Below are positions 38,384 to 47,399 of a stretch of DNA of 64,000 bases, in pieces. Numbering within the stretch: the first letter of the stretch is position 1; each line of letters opens with the position of its first letter. Under the pieces are notes generated by a model. That model worked only from the letters and a program-made list of their open reading frames with translations, was not told the origin of the DNA and searched no databases. Made by a program: the position numbers and the translations under genes. Origin of the DNA: Maricaulaceae bacterium (GTDB lineage Bacteria; Pseudomonadota; Alphaproteobacteria; Caulobacterales; Maricaulaceae); NCBI GenBank assembly GCA_039989855.1, contig JBDXGZ010000018.1:35415-99414 (forward strand), written 5' to 3'.

Positions 38384-39531
38384 GCGCTCAACACCTTTTC
38401 ATACATGCGGTAGGTCTTATAAAGTTTTGCGTCCGCTTGCTCACATATGCCCCGCATGCCTTTATTATCTTCTAATATCCAAGACAGTTCGCACATATCG
38501 TAGCCTTGGGCCGCCCCCGCTTTGAACACATCTTCGCAAATACGGCACAGAGCGGCAAGACCGCGCTTTGTATTTTGATGCTCTTTCCTCAGCCCCATCA
38601 AAGGGATGCGGGCCGACTTGATTTTCTTACCCTTCAAGCGCGCGATGAGTTTCGCCCAACCAAAGGGCCATAATCGACCATCGAGGTCACGGGTCGCCTC
38701 ATTAATATTGGGGATCATCCAAATGAAGGCCGCTGGCTCCCCGTCAATCATGGCGAGGCGGTAACCTTCTTTAAAGATAATCGGCTTTAGCTCTTTGGCT
38801 GTATGGGCAATTTGTTCATCCGTTAGCGGCACAAAACCCCAATTATCAGACCACGCATCATTAAAAATCGACATCGCTAAATTAACTTCATCTATGAATT
38901 TTGTGGGATCCAACGTGCGAAAGCTAATCCCTGCATCACGCTCAACGATTTTGTTTAGGCGGCGCATAAACGGCCCCGGTGTAAAGCCTTCTGCTAAATC
39001 CGCACGGTAAGCCAAGAGGTCAATCGCTTTTTCAAGGCCTGCGCCTTCAATCATGTCTATATAGTCAGGACGACCGTAAGGCATCATCAACACATTGGGA
39101 TGCTCAAATCCGTCAATCAACAGACCACTTTCCTCATTCACGCTATGATTAGACGGGCCAATCATTTTACGTGCGCCCTTGGCCCGTAGCCAGTCCTCCG
39201 CTCGCTTTAATAAAGCCGCGCCCGTTTCCGCCTGCGCTTCGCAATCAAAATAGCCGAAATGCCCAGCTTCGTCATTATAGCGCTCGCGGTGATGAGGATT
39301 AAGGAAGGCCGCAATACGGCCCACAACCACATCGCCGCGTTTGGCAATAAACAACTGACGCTCAAGATGGGCCGCGTTCGGGTTTTTAATCTGAGAAATT
39401 TGATCAGCGCGCTCAAAGCGGAGCGGCGGATGCCACGTCGCCTGTCCACGGTATAGACCGTAAGGCACATCCAGAAAGGATTTAAGCTGCGCTTTATCCT
39501 GATCATTGATAGGTAAAATATTGACCGACAC
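38380..39531 (-). CDS. Two-lobed GNAT-like N-acyltransferase (candidate bacterial ceramide synthase-type enzyme)
   Basis: 383 aa. C-terminal lobe RIPLMGLRKEHQNTKRGLAALCRICEDV resembles the GNAT acyl-CoA binding segment. GTG start with an AGGAAAAGG RBS. First gene of the operon. Confidence 0.5.
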   Translation of the reverse strand: MSVNILPINDQDKAQLKSFLDVPYGLYRGQATWHPPLRFERADQISQIKNPNAAHLERQLFIAKRGDVVVGRIAAFLNPHHRERYNDEAGHFGYFDCEAQAETGAALLKRAEDWLRAKGARKMIGPSNHSVNEESGLLIDGFEHPNVLMMPYGRPDYIDMIEGAGLEKAIDLLAYRADLAEGFTPGPFMRRLNKIVERDAGISFRTLDPTKFIDEVNLAMSIFNDAWSDNWGFVPLTDEQIAHTAKELKPIIFKEGYRLAMIDGEPAAFIWMIPNINEATRDLDGRLWPFGWAKLIARLKGKKIKSARIPLMGLRKEHQNTKRGLAALCRICEDVFKAGAAQGYDMCELSWILEDNKGMRGICEQADAKLYKTYRMYEKVLSA

Positions 39532-39613
39532 GACCTTTTCCTAACCCTTTACAGGCGAATGAACCAATCGTGGCCTGACGTCAATTCGTTAAATGGCCGC
39601 TTACGGGAAAAGT

Positions 39614-40159
39614 TTAAGATTTCTTCTTTTTACTTTTGCCAACTTTTTGGAAGAAGATCTCAATATCCGTGCCCTTTTCTCCCACATTAAAAGCGGCGTC
39701 GTTAAATTTCGGCAACTTCTTCTTATATTCTGGGTTGTTTGACAGGCCGTACGGCTCTTTCGGGGTGAAGTCCCACTTTTGCTTCAACTTCCGGTTTCCG
39801 TCTAAATCGTGATAGCCTGCTACCGCATACATTCCCGCCTTCGGCACATTAATACAGACCACCATCGGGCTATCTTTGGCTTCAACGCGCACACGGTGCA
39901 ACCGGCCTTTTTTATATAAAAACCCATCTTTACTATTATAAAGCTCAAGCTTTAAAATACCTTCCGCGTGGATATTATGCGCTGTGACACGAATTTGAGT
40001 CGTATCCGCTACACATTCATCGGCCGCGTCACGTTCATAAAGCTCTAAAGTTGGATGCACCACAGGCCCATAATCTTCATCAGCTCCCGCTAGAACGGAA
40101 CCGTTCACATACAGTAGAAGTGCGACAAACATTAAGCCTTTGATAGATATGAACTTCAT
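39614..40159 (-). CDS. DUF2141-like secreted protein
   Basis: Signal peptide. GYHDLDGNRKL...PKEPYGLSNNP resembles the DUF2141 signature. Lys-rich tail GKSKKKKS. 82 nt upstream of the operon on the same strand. Confidence 0.6.
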   Translation of the reverse strand: MKFISIKGLMFVALLLYVNGSVLAGADEDYGPVVHPTLELYERDAADECVADTTQIRVTAHNIHAEGILKLELYNSKDGFLYKKGRLHRVRVEAKDSPMVVCINVPKAGMYAVAGYHDLDGNRKLKQKWDFTPKEPYGLSNNPEYKKKLPKFNDAAFNVGEKGTDIEIFFQKVGKSKKKKS

Positions 40160-40178
40160 AATTGCCTTTATGGTGTTA

Positions 40179-40192
40179 ATTCCCTAGGGAAT
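40179..40192. promoter_or_regulatory. Perfect 14-bp palindrome ATTCCCTAGGGAAT in the divergent DUF2141 / lptF intergenic region
   Basis: Read directly. It lies 20 nt from the DUF2141 start codon and 67 nt from the lptF start codon. Confidence 0.3.
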
Positions 40193-40258
40193 GCCTTAAA
40201 TTATTATACAATATGGTCATCGACCGCGAAAAGTAAACTTACGATTGTTACACTTACA

Positions 40259-41464
40259 ATGAACCGCCTGAACAGATACTTAATGAAAAACGCTTTAACC
40301 AGCATTGGTGGCCTCATTGTCTTCGCGATTGTGGTTCTTTTGCTTGAACGGCTATTACGAATTTTTCAAGTTATTACTAACTCGACTCAACCCGCATTAG
40401 ATGCTGGATCAATGATCGTCTTTCTCCTCCCGCACTATCTCGGCATTGCCGTTCCAATGGCTTTGCTTTTAGGGATCATCATTACAATTGACCGTTTTAG
40501 TCGATCCAGTGAGCTAACCGCCGCCTACGGCGCAGGCATATCACTGTTCCATATTACTAAACCCTTCATTTTAATTGCCGTAATATTAGCAAGCACCACG
40601 GTATTTATTGAAGGATATATGCAACCCATCGGGCGCTACAATTACCGACAGGTCGAACATAATGTGAAACAACAATCCTTTGCGGCGATTCTCCGTGAAG
40701 GGACATTTACCGAAGTCGGCAACCGCATGTTTTATGCAGGCACCGAAAAACCAGGCAAAGCCATTGGACCTATTTTTATCTATGAACAAGTAAAGGATAA
40801 AACAGACGCAATATCACTTCGCATCACAACCGCCGAAGAAGGTCAGCTCATCATCAGAGAGGAAACAGGGGAGCCCGTCCTACAATTGGCTGAAGGGCAA
40901 GGTTATCGTATTTTAGACAAAACCCGCTTAAGAGGCGACCTATCCTTTGAAAGCAGTTCTGTCGCAGGAACCGCAGAGGTAACACAATTTCGACCACGCG
41001 GTGACGATGAGCGTGAACTGACCTCTCTTGAACTTATAAAAAACCGTGATGGGAGCGTCTATACGACCGTCAGTCCTGATGTAAATAATGCGGCCCTCCA
41101 CCTACGAATTGCACGAGCGACTCTTTTATTAATCATACCCTTTATTGCGGTCCCTTTTGGATTGAACTATGGTCGCAACCCATCATCGACTGGGCTTTTT
41201 GTCGGTGTGGTTATGCTCGTGTCTTGCCAAAAGGCGTTAGAGTTTGGGCAAAGCCTTGGGGCAAAAAACATCTTACCCGCATGGGCCGGCGTTTGGTTTG
41301 TCATTTTAATTGTCGCCATTTTTGCCTTTTACATCTTCACCAAGAGTGCTTTCAAAATGGGGCAGCCTCCCTTGACGTCGATAAATATGGGCATCAAAAA
41401 TATGAAAATGGCAATGTCAGGTCGCATCAAACGACTTCGTCGCGCATGGGTAGAGTTGAAATAA
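40259..41464 (+). CDS. lptF: LPS export ABC transporter permease, YjgP/YjgQ family
   Basis: LNRYLMKNAL start, three plus three TM segments flanking a large periplasmic domain. TAATG junction with its paralogue. Confidence 0.75.
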   Translation: MNRLNRYLMKNALTSIGGLIVFAIVVLLLERLLRIFQVITNSTQPALDAGSMIVFLLPHYLGIAVPMALLLGIIITIDRFSRSSELTAAYGAGISLFHITKPFILIAVILASTTVFIEGYMQPIGRYNYRQVEHNVKQQSFAAILREGTFTEVGNRMFYAGTEKPGKAIGPIFIYEQVKDKTDAISLRITTAEEGQLIIREETGEPVLQLAEGQGYRILDKTRLRGDLSFESSSVAGTAEVTQFRPRGDDERELTSLELIKNRDGSVYTTVSPDVNNAALHLRIARATLLLIIPFIAVPFGLNYGRNPSSTGLFVGVVMLVSCQKALEFGQSLGAKNILPAWAGVWFVILIVAIFAFYIFTKSAFKMGQPPLTSINMGIKNMKMAMSGRIKRLRRAWVELK

Positions 41465-42549
41465 TGTATAAAATTTTCACCTATTTATCTGGAAGCTATA
41501 TCCGTATTTGGCTGACCACCGTTTTTGGTTTCCTTGTACTTATTGGGCTACTGGATTCACTCGCCAACGGCGGAGATATTATCGGCAATGGCGGCCAATT
41601 CACAGATACGTTTAAATATATGGCCTACCGTGCACCTGTCATTTTTGATAGAATTTTTGTCTTCACTCTCGTGGTCGCAATCTTGCTTTTATTTGTCAAA
41701 CTTATCAGGCAGCATGAATTAGTCGCGCTTTTAGGATTTGGCATATCCGCCCCCAAACAGCTTATGCTTCTCACACCTGTTGTTGTCGGCGCAGCACTTG
41801 TCTCTATTACAATCATCAATACAGCCATGCCGCAGTCAGTTCGGGCCCTACAAGCGTGGGGTATCGGCGAATATAAAATTAAAAACATCTCACCCGAAAA
41901 CCCTTTATGGTTCGAAGATAACCGCGAAATCGTCCGCGCCTCTTTACGTTTTGGAATGGATGATCTGGGAAATATCGAAATTTTTTCACGTGAAATTGAC
42001 GGCCGCATAAATAGCTACATAATTGCCAACCGTGCGACATATGATTTTGACGCCCAGCATTGGAAACTAACAGGTGTTAAGCAATTAGATATTGCCAGTG
42101 CCGACGGGCGACCTGTGAATGCCAAATCTGTGAATGAACCACTCGTTTGGAATTCTGCACAAAACCCTGAGTCCATTGCTCGACTTGCAGCCGAACCAAG
42201 AGACCTCGATTTAACGGACATGAAAACATTTAGCGAAAAAGGTAATTCGGGCAGTAAGCCACGCTTTGCTTATGAGTTTTGGTATCTACACCGTTTAACG
42301 CGTCCAATTGCGGCCTTTATACTGCTACTTTGTGCCGTGCCAATCATGCAACGCGTAAGACGACAGGATACGGGCGATAAGGCCCTCATTATCGGTATTA
42401 GTATGGGTTTTATCTTCCTCATTATTGACGGCGCATTAGCCACATTTGCGACAACTGGCGGCATGACCGTGTTGACAGCTATTATATCGCCTCTGATACT
42501 CTTTGGTTTGATAGGAACTTATCTCTGTCTTCAAACGGAAACTCTATAG
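41464..42549 (+). CDS. lptG: LPS export ABC transporter permease, YjgP/YjgQ family
   Basis: ATG 41464 (MYKIFTYLSGSYIRIWL) shares one nucleotide with the lptF stop codon. Same three-plus-three TM layout. The ORF extension back to 41224 was rejected. Confidence 0.75.
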   Translation: MYKIFTYLSGSYIRIWLTTVFGFLVLIGLLDSLANGGDIIGNGGQFTDTFKYMAYRAPVIFDRIFVFTLVVAILLLFVKLIRQHELVALLGFGISAPKQLMLLTPVVVGAALVSITIINTAMPQSVRALQAWGIGEYKIKNISPENPLWFEDNREIVRASLRFGMDDLGNIEIFSREIDGRINSYIIANRATYDFDAQHWKLTGVKQLDIASADGRPVNAKSVNEPLVWNSAQNPESIARLAAEPRDLDLTDMKTFSEKGNSGSKPRFAYEFWYLHRLTRPIAAFILLLCAVPIMQRVRRQDTGDKALIIGISMGFIFLIIDGALATFATTGGMTVLTAIISPLILFGLIGTYLCLQTETL

Positions 42550-42561
42550 CGAGCGGCCCTT

Positions 42562-43512
42562 ATGACCGATCGTATAATATTTTTCTCCAATTCAAAAAGC
42601 CAAGGCGTTCGCCGCAAAGGCAGTCGATTACTCGCCTTTTACACAGCCCATAAAACTAAAAAGTACATCTATACTGATGATCCAGCTGCACTGTTACAAA
42701 TCGAGTTTACGGCGCAAGACCATCTCTTTATCGAAGGTGGTGACGGGACCTTACAAAAGACTATCACAGGCTTGCTCAATTCGCTCACCGATATTGCTCA
42801 CTGTCCGAAACTCTCAATCGTAGCAGGCGGATTGACCAATCAAATCGCGGCCAATATTGGCCTTAAAGCGAAACAAGACGCAGACATAAATGACGCCATA
42901 ATCGCACCGCAAAGAGGGTTGCGCCCAACACCCATCCTCAAGCTCGACTATATGGGGACCCAATCCCAATATGGCTGCCTGTTTTCAACAGGGGCCTTGC
43001 CATTCGTTACAGATTATTATGAACAGAAAATCCGCGCCAACCCGACAGGCGGAACATCTGGAATCGTAACGACATTGATTAAGGCTGTGTCGGGCAACCA
43101 AGCGGCAAGGGATAAATTGATGCCGGCTACAGAACTTGAACTTGTCTTGAGAAACGGCAAGCAAGAGATATTGAAAACAGGGGCGCATCTCGGCACTATC
43201 GTAACAACCCTACCGTCACTTATGATGGGGCTTGATCCGTTTTGGGGTCAAGGCGAAGGAGATTTGCGCGTCCTTTATGCGGATGGGCGCGCACGGCGTT
43301 TAGTCCGTAATCTGACAGGGGTTTGGTTGGGGCGTAAGTCCATTGACCGCTCAGCCGACGGGCTTGAAAGCTTTCAAAGTGATAGGCTCACCTATCATTA
43401 TAACGGTCCCAAAATTCTCGACGGGGAGAAACTCGAGACGGGAGAAAATAATGGCCCTCTCACCATCAGCGCAACACCGCCCTTGCCCTTTGTTGCAACA
43501 CCCAAGTCATGA
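42562..43512 (+). CDS. DAGK-catalytic-fold lipid kinase (diacylglycerol/sphingosine/ceramide kinase superfamily)
   Basis: FIEGGDGTLQKTITGL (GGDGT signature) and IVAGGLTNQIAANIGL (the GT-x-N segment). 12 nt after lptG. Confidence 0.6.
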   Translation: MTDRIIFFSNSKSQGVRRKGSRLLAFYTAHKTKKYIYTDDPAALLQIEFTAQDHLFIEGGDGTLQKTITGLLNSLTDIAHCPKLSIVAGGLTNQIAANIGLKAKQDADINDAIIAPQRGLRPTPILKLDYMGTQSQYGCLFSTGALPFVTDYYEQKIRANPTGGTSGIVTTLIKAVSGNQAARDKLMPATELELVLRNGKQEILKTGAHLGTIVTTLPSLMMGLDPFWGQGEGDLRVLYADGRARRLVRNLTGVWLGRKSIDRSADGLESFQSDRLTYHYNGPKILDGEKLETGENNGPLTISATPPLPFVATPKS

Positions 43513-44462
43513 CGGACCCCTCTCAAGTTATCACTGACATTAAAACCGTGCTCTCTACGGAGACCGCTATTGCCAGTGCGCGGATTGAAAAAACCTGCAC
43601 CGATATTGCAGAGGCCCACGCGAGCTCCCAAGGTAGCCATGTGCTAGGGTTTCTATATTACGGCTCTTCTTTACGGGACGTCGATGACGCCTCAAAAATG
43701 CTAGATTTCTACGTCATCGTTGATAGCTATAAGACAGTTCACAAAGGTCGCCCTGTTCGGCAAATCATCAATCGTTACCTTCCGCCTGTGGTCTATTATT
43801 ATGAGCGCGAAGACGCGGACGGCACCCTGACGACCTGTAAATATTCACTGATTTCCCTACCTGAATTTGAGCGGCGCTGTGGAAGCTCAGCCTTCTTATC
43901 CATCATCTGGGGCCGCTTTTCTCAGCCGAGCTTATTATATTTTCCCAAAGATGAAACGATTGAAAATAAAATCCTCACCGCACGCGCTAACGCTGTCTTA
44001 CATGTCGCCCGTTGCACCGAAGGTTTATTTAACCACGCACCGACGTTTATAGAATTTTGGGCGCGCGGCTTTCGTGAAAGCTACCGCACAGAATTGCGCC
44101 CTGAAAGCTCCGAGGCACGGTCTCGGGAAATCGTCGCCAAATATTCCGATCGTTATGAAAAATTGATGCAGACCATTTACGGCGCGCCCAATGAAGAGGC
44201 GGCATATGCTCTTCCGACATCGTCAAGCCGATCAAAAGCGGCGCGGCAATGGTTCCTTCGCCGCCTCATGGGGCGACCGATAACGGCCATACGCGTGCTG
44301 TGTAGTGCGGCCACTTTTGACGGCGGCCTTGACTATGTCTTGCGCAAAATCGAGCGGCACTCGGGCGTGACCCTTGAGCCGAGCCCGTTTCAACGCAAGC
44401 ACCCCGTTCTTTGCGCTCCCGTACTTGGGTGGAAGCTTTGGCGCAAAGGCGCGTTCGGCTAG
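43509..44462 (+). CDS. Tam41/Mmp37-like nucleotidyltransferase (candidate CDP-lipid synthase)
   Basis: FLYYGSSL...MLDFYVIVD...VVYYYE...TCKYSLISL...IWGRFSQPSLL follows the pattern I recall for the Mmp37/Tam41 phosphatidate cytidylyltransferase family. ATGA overlap with the kinase gene. Confidence 0.5.
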   Translation: MTDPSQVITDIKTVLSTETAIASARIEKTCTDIAEAHASSQGSHVLGFLYYGSSLRDVDDASKMLDFYVIVDSYKTVHKGRPVRQIINRYLPPVVYYYEREDADGTLTTCKYSLISLPEFERRCGSSAFLSIIWGRFSQPSLLYFPKDETIENKILTARANAVLHVARCTEGLFNHAPTFIEFWARGFRESYRTELRPESSEARSREIVAKYSDRYEKLMQTIYGAPNEEAAYALPTSSSRSKAARQWFLRRLMGRPITAIRVLCSAATFDGGLDYVLRKIERHSGVTLEPSPFQRKHPVLCAPVLGWKLWRKGAFG

Positions 44463-44496
44463 GCTAAGCAGTCCCTCACATTCACAATCAATAAAA

Positions 44497-44523
44497 AACG
44501 CGCCTGACATAATCAGACGCGTT
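44497..44523. terminator. Bidirectional stem-loop between the Tam41-like gene and acnA
   Basis: AACGCGCCTGA-CATAA-TCAGACGCGTT (one mismatch), flanked by an A-run and a T-rich run. Read directly. Confidence 0.6.
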
Positions 44524-44564
44524 TGAATTTTGATCGCCCCGTGACGGGACGGATGAGTTTAAAC

Positions 44565-47243
44565 TTACGCCGCAGTCGCGAGGTTCCGTAGCACATAATG
44601 AAGAATACCACCATTTTTGTAATATTCATGCTCATTATCTGTATCAATACGAACCTTCACTGTGGCTGTTTTAGTCGAGCCATCGGCAAATGTAATGTTC
44701 ACGTCTAACTCACCGCGTGGCTTAAGCCCTGCAATCCCAGAGATGCTGACAGTTTCAGATCCGTCCATGCCCATAGATGACCAGCTATCGCCATTTTGGA
44801 ATTCTAGCGGAAGCACACCCATACCGATCAAGTTAGAACGGTGAATACGCTCAAAACTTTCAGCGACAACCGCTTTAACACCGAGGAGGATCGTTCCTTT
44901 CGCCGCCCAATCGCGCGACGAGCCGTTTCCGTAAAGACCGCCAGCAAAGACAACCAAGTCTTTCTTATCAGCCGCATACTTTTCAGCCGCGTCAAAGATC
45001 GACATGACCTCACCCGTTGGAACATATTTGGTCACGCCGCCTTCTGTGCCTGGAGCCATTTGGTTTTTGATCCGAATATTGGCAAAAGTACCCCGCATCA
45101 TGACTTCATGATTACCACGACGAGAGCCAAATGAGTTAAACTCAGGCTTTGGAACGTCACGGGCTGAGAGATATTCACCCGCTGGGCCATCATGCTTAAT
45201 CGCGCCCGCAGGAGAGATATGGTCAGTTGTGATTGAGTCGCCGAGTAGTGCCAAAATATTCGCGTCTTTGACATCTTTAACAGGATCTGGCGTGGTCGTC
45301 ATGCCGTCAAAATATGGCGGGTTACGCACATATGTTGATTTTGGGTTCCAACCATATGTTTTGCCGCCTTCAACCTTAATGTTCTGCCATTGCTTGTCGC
45401 CTTTAAAGACATCAGCATAGCGTTCTGTAAACATTTTACGGTTGATGATCTTGCGGACAACGTCAGCAATTTCTTTTGAGGTTGGCCAGATATCTTTCAA
45501 GAATATCTCTTTACCATCAGCGTCAACACCGAGCGCGTCATTATCAAAATCATGATGCATAGAGCCCGCGAGCGCATAGGCCACAACAAGCGGCGGAGAC
45601 GCGAGGAAGTTCGCTTTAATATCAGGGCCAATACGACCTTCGAAATTACGGTTACCCGAGAGAACCGAACAAGAGACCAAATCACCATCTGCAATGGCTT
45701 TGGCATATTCTGGCGCGAGCGGGCCAGAGTTACCTATACAGGTCGTACAACCATAACCGACAACGTCAAATCCGAGACCATCAAGCTCATCTTGGAGGCC
45801 TGATTTTTCAAGATATTCACCGACAACTTGTGAGCCCGGTGCGAGTGATGTCTTCACCCACGGCTTCACTTGCAAGCCTTTGGCGCGTGCTTTTTGCGCC
45901 ACAAGACCGGCCGCCATCATGACCGATGGGTTCGATGTATTGGTACAAGAGGTAATCGCTGCGATGAAAACATCACCGTGATCAAGCGCGTAATCCTTAC
46001 CTTCGACCTGAACGGCCGTGCCTTCGCTTGGCGACTTCTTATATTCATCGCGAAGGATTTTTGCGAAATGTACATTTGCACCTGAGAGATCAAAACGATC
46101 TTGCGGACGTTTCGGTCCAGAAATCGCAGGCTTAATCGCCGCCATGTCGAGTCCGAGTGTGTCGGTATATTCGGCCGTGCTATCATCACGCCAGAAGCCT
46201 TGAACCTTGGCGTAAGCTTCGACCAATTCGATACGTTGCTTATCGCGGCCTGTCACTTCGAGGTAACGCAGCGTGTCCGCGTCCACAGGGAAGAACCCGC
46301 AGGTCGCGCCATATTCAGGCGCCATGTTAGAAAGTGTCGCTTGATCTTCGAGGGATAGATTGTCGAGTCCTGACCCGTAAAATTCAACGAACTTACCAAC
46401 CACGCCTTTAGCGCGGAGCATTTCAACAACACGAAGCACAAGGTCCGTCGCGGTTGCGCCTTCTGGGAGCGCGCCTTTCAGTTCAAAACCAACAACTTCA
46501 GGGATTAGCATAGAGATCGGCTGACCGAGCATCGCCGCTTCGGCTTCGATACCGCCAACACCCCAACCGAGAACAGACAAGCCGTTAATCATAGTTGTAT
46601 GGGAATCCGTTCCGACAAGCGTATCAGGGAACGCATATGTTTTGCCGTCTTGCGTTTTCGTCCAAACGGTTTGCGCCAAATGCTCGAGGTTCACTTGGTG
46701 ACAAATCCCTGTTCCCGGAGGGACAACAGAGAAATTATCAAAAGCTTCTTGGCCCCACTTAAGGAAGTCGTAACGCTCGCCGTTACGCTCATATTCGCGT
46801 TTCACATTTTTCTTGAAGGCATCTTGCGTCCCGAAATAATCAACCATCACAGAATGGTCGATAACCAAGTGAACAGGATTGAGCGGATTAATCGCAGAGG
46901 CCTCTTTACCCAAATTCTTCATGGCGTCACGCATAGCCGCCAAATCAACCACCGCAGGAACACCTGTAAAGTCTTGCATCAAAACGCGTGCCGGGCGGTA
47001 AGCAATTTCATGCGTCGATGTTTTGGTCTTAAGCCAATCCGCAATCGCTTGAATATCTTCCTTCTTAACGGTGTTGCCGTCTTCGTGGCGCAAGAGGTTT
47101 TCAAGAAGCACTTTAAGTGAACGGGGAAGTTTGGAAATGCCGGACAATCCGTTCTCTTCCGCGACTTTCAAATCATAATATGTATATGTACCGCCGCGAA
47201 CCGTAAGTTCTCGCTCGCACTTAAAACTGTCTAAAGACGCCAT
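44565..47243 (-). CDS. acnA: Aconitate hydratase A
   Basis: 892 aa. Fe-S ligand motifs ITSCTNTSNP and GCTTCIGNSG. Confidence 0.95.
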   Translation of the reverse strand: MASLDSFKCERELTVRGGTYTYYDLKVAEENGLSGISKLPRSLKVLLENLLRHEDGNTVKKEDIQAIADWLKTKTSTHEIAYRPARVLMQDFTGVPAVVDLAAMRDAMKNLGKEASAINPLNPVHLVIDHSVMVDYFGTQDAFKKNVKREYERNGERYDFLKWGQEAFDNFSVVPPGTGICHQVNLEHLAQTVWTKTQDGKTYAFPDTLVGTDSHTTMINGLSVLGWGVGGIEAEAAMLGQPISMLIPEVVGFELKGALPEGATATDLVLRVVEMLRAKGVVGKFVEFYGSGLDNLSLEDQATLSNMAPEYGATCGFFPVDADTLRYLEVTGRDKQRIELVEAYAKVQGFWRDDSTAEYTDTLGLDMAAIKPAISGPKRPQDRFDLSGANVHFAKILRDEYKKSPSEGTAVQVEGKDYALDHGDVFIAAITSCTNTSNPSVMMAAGLVAQKARAKGLQVKPWVKTSLAPGSQVVGEYLEKSGLQDELDGLGFDVVGYGCTTCIGNSGPLAPEYAKAIADGDLVSCSVLSGNRNFEGRIGPDIKANFLASPPLVVAYALAGSMHHDFDNDALGVDADGKEIFLKDIWPTSKEIADVVRKIINRKMFTERYADVFKGDKQWQNIKVEGGKTYGWNPKSTYVRNPPYFDGMTTTPDPVKDVKDANILALLGDSITTDHISPAGAIKHDGPAGEYLSARDVPKPEFNSFGSRRGNHEVMMRGTFANIRIKNQMAPGTEGGVTKYVPTGEVMSIFDAAEKYAADKKDLVVFAGGLYGNGSSRDWAAKGTILLGVKAVVAESFERIHRSNLIGMGVLPLEFQNGDSWSSMGMDGSETVSISGIAGLKPRGELDVNITFADGSTKTATVKVRIDTDNEHEYYKNGGILHYVLRNLATAA

Positions 47244-47399
47244 CGTGAAACCTCTAATGGAAATTGAATATATTGGCAGCGCTTATATCACGCATAACGC
47301 GAGGCGCAATTCTAAATCCCGTGACAATGGCGTGATTATTAGCCTCAAGGCCTGATAAATTTGCGAATGCCTCGCAGTCTTATAGCGTGACAAGACTAT

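Noticed and set aside
46599-47120. 173-aa plus-strand ORF inside acnA
   Set aside because: Antisense to aconitase, which has unambiguous Fe-S motifs. There is no independent support.
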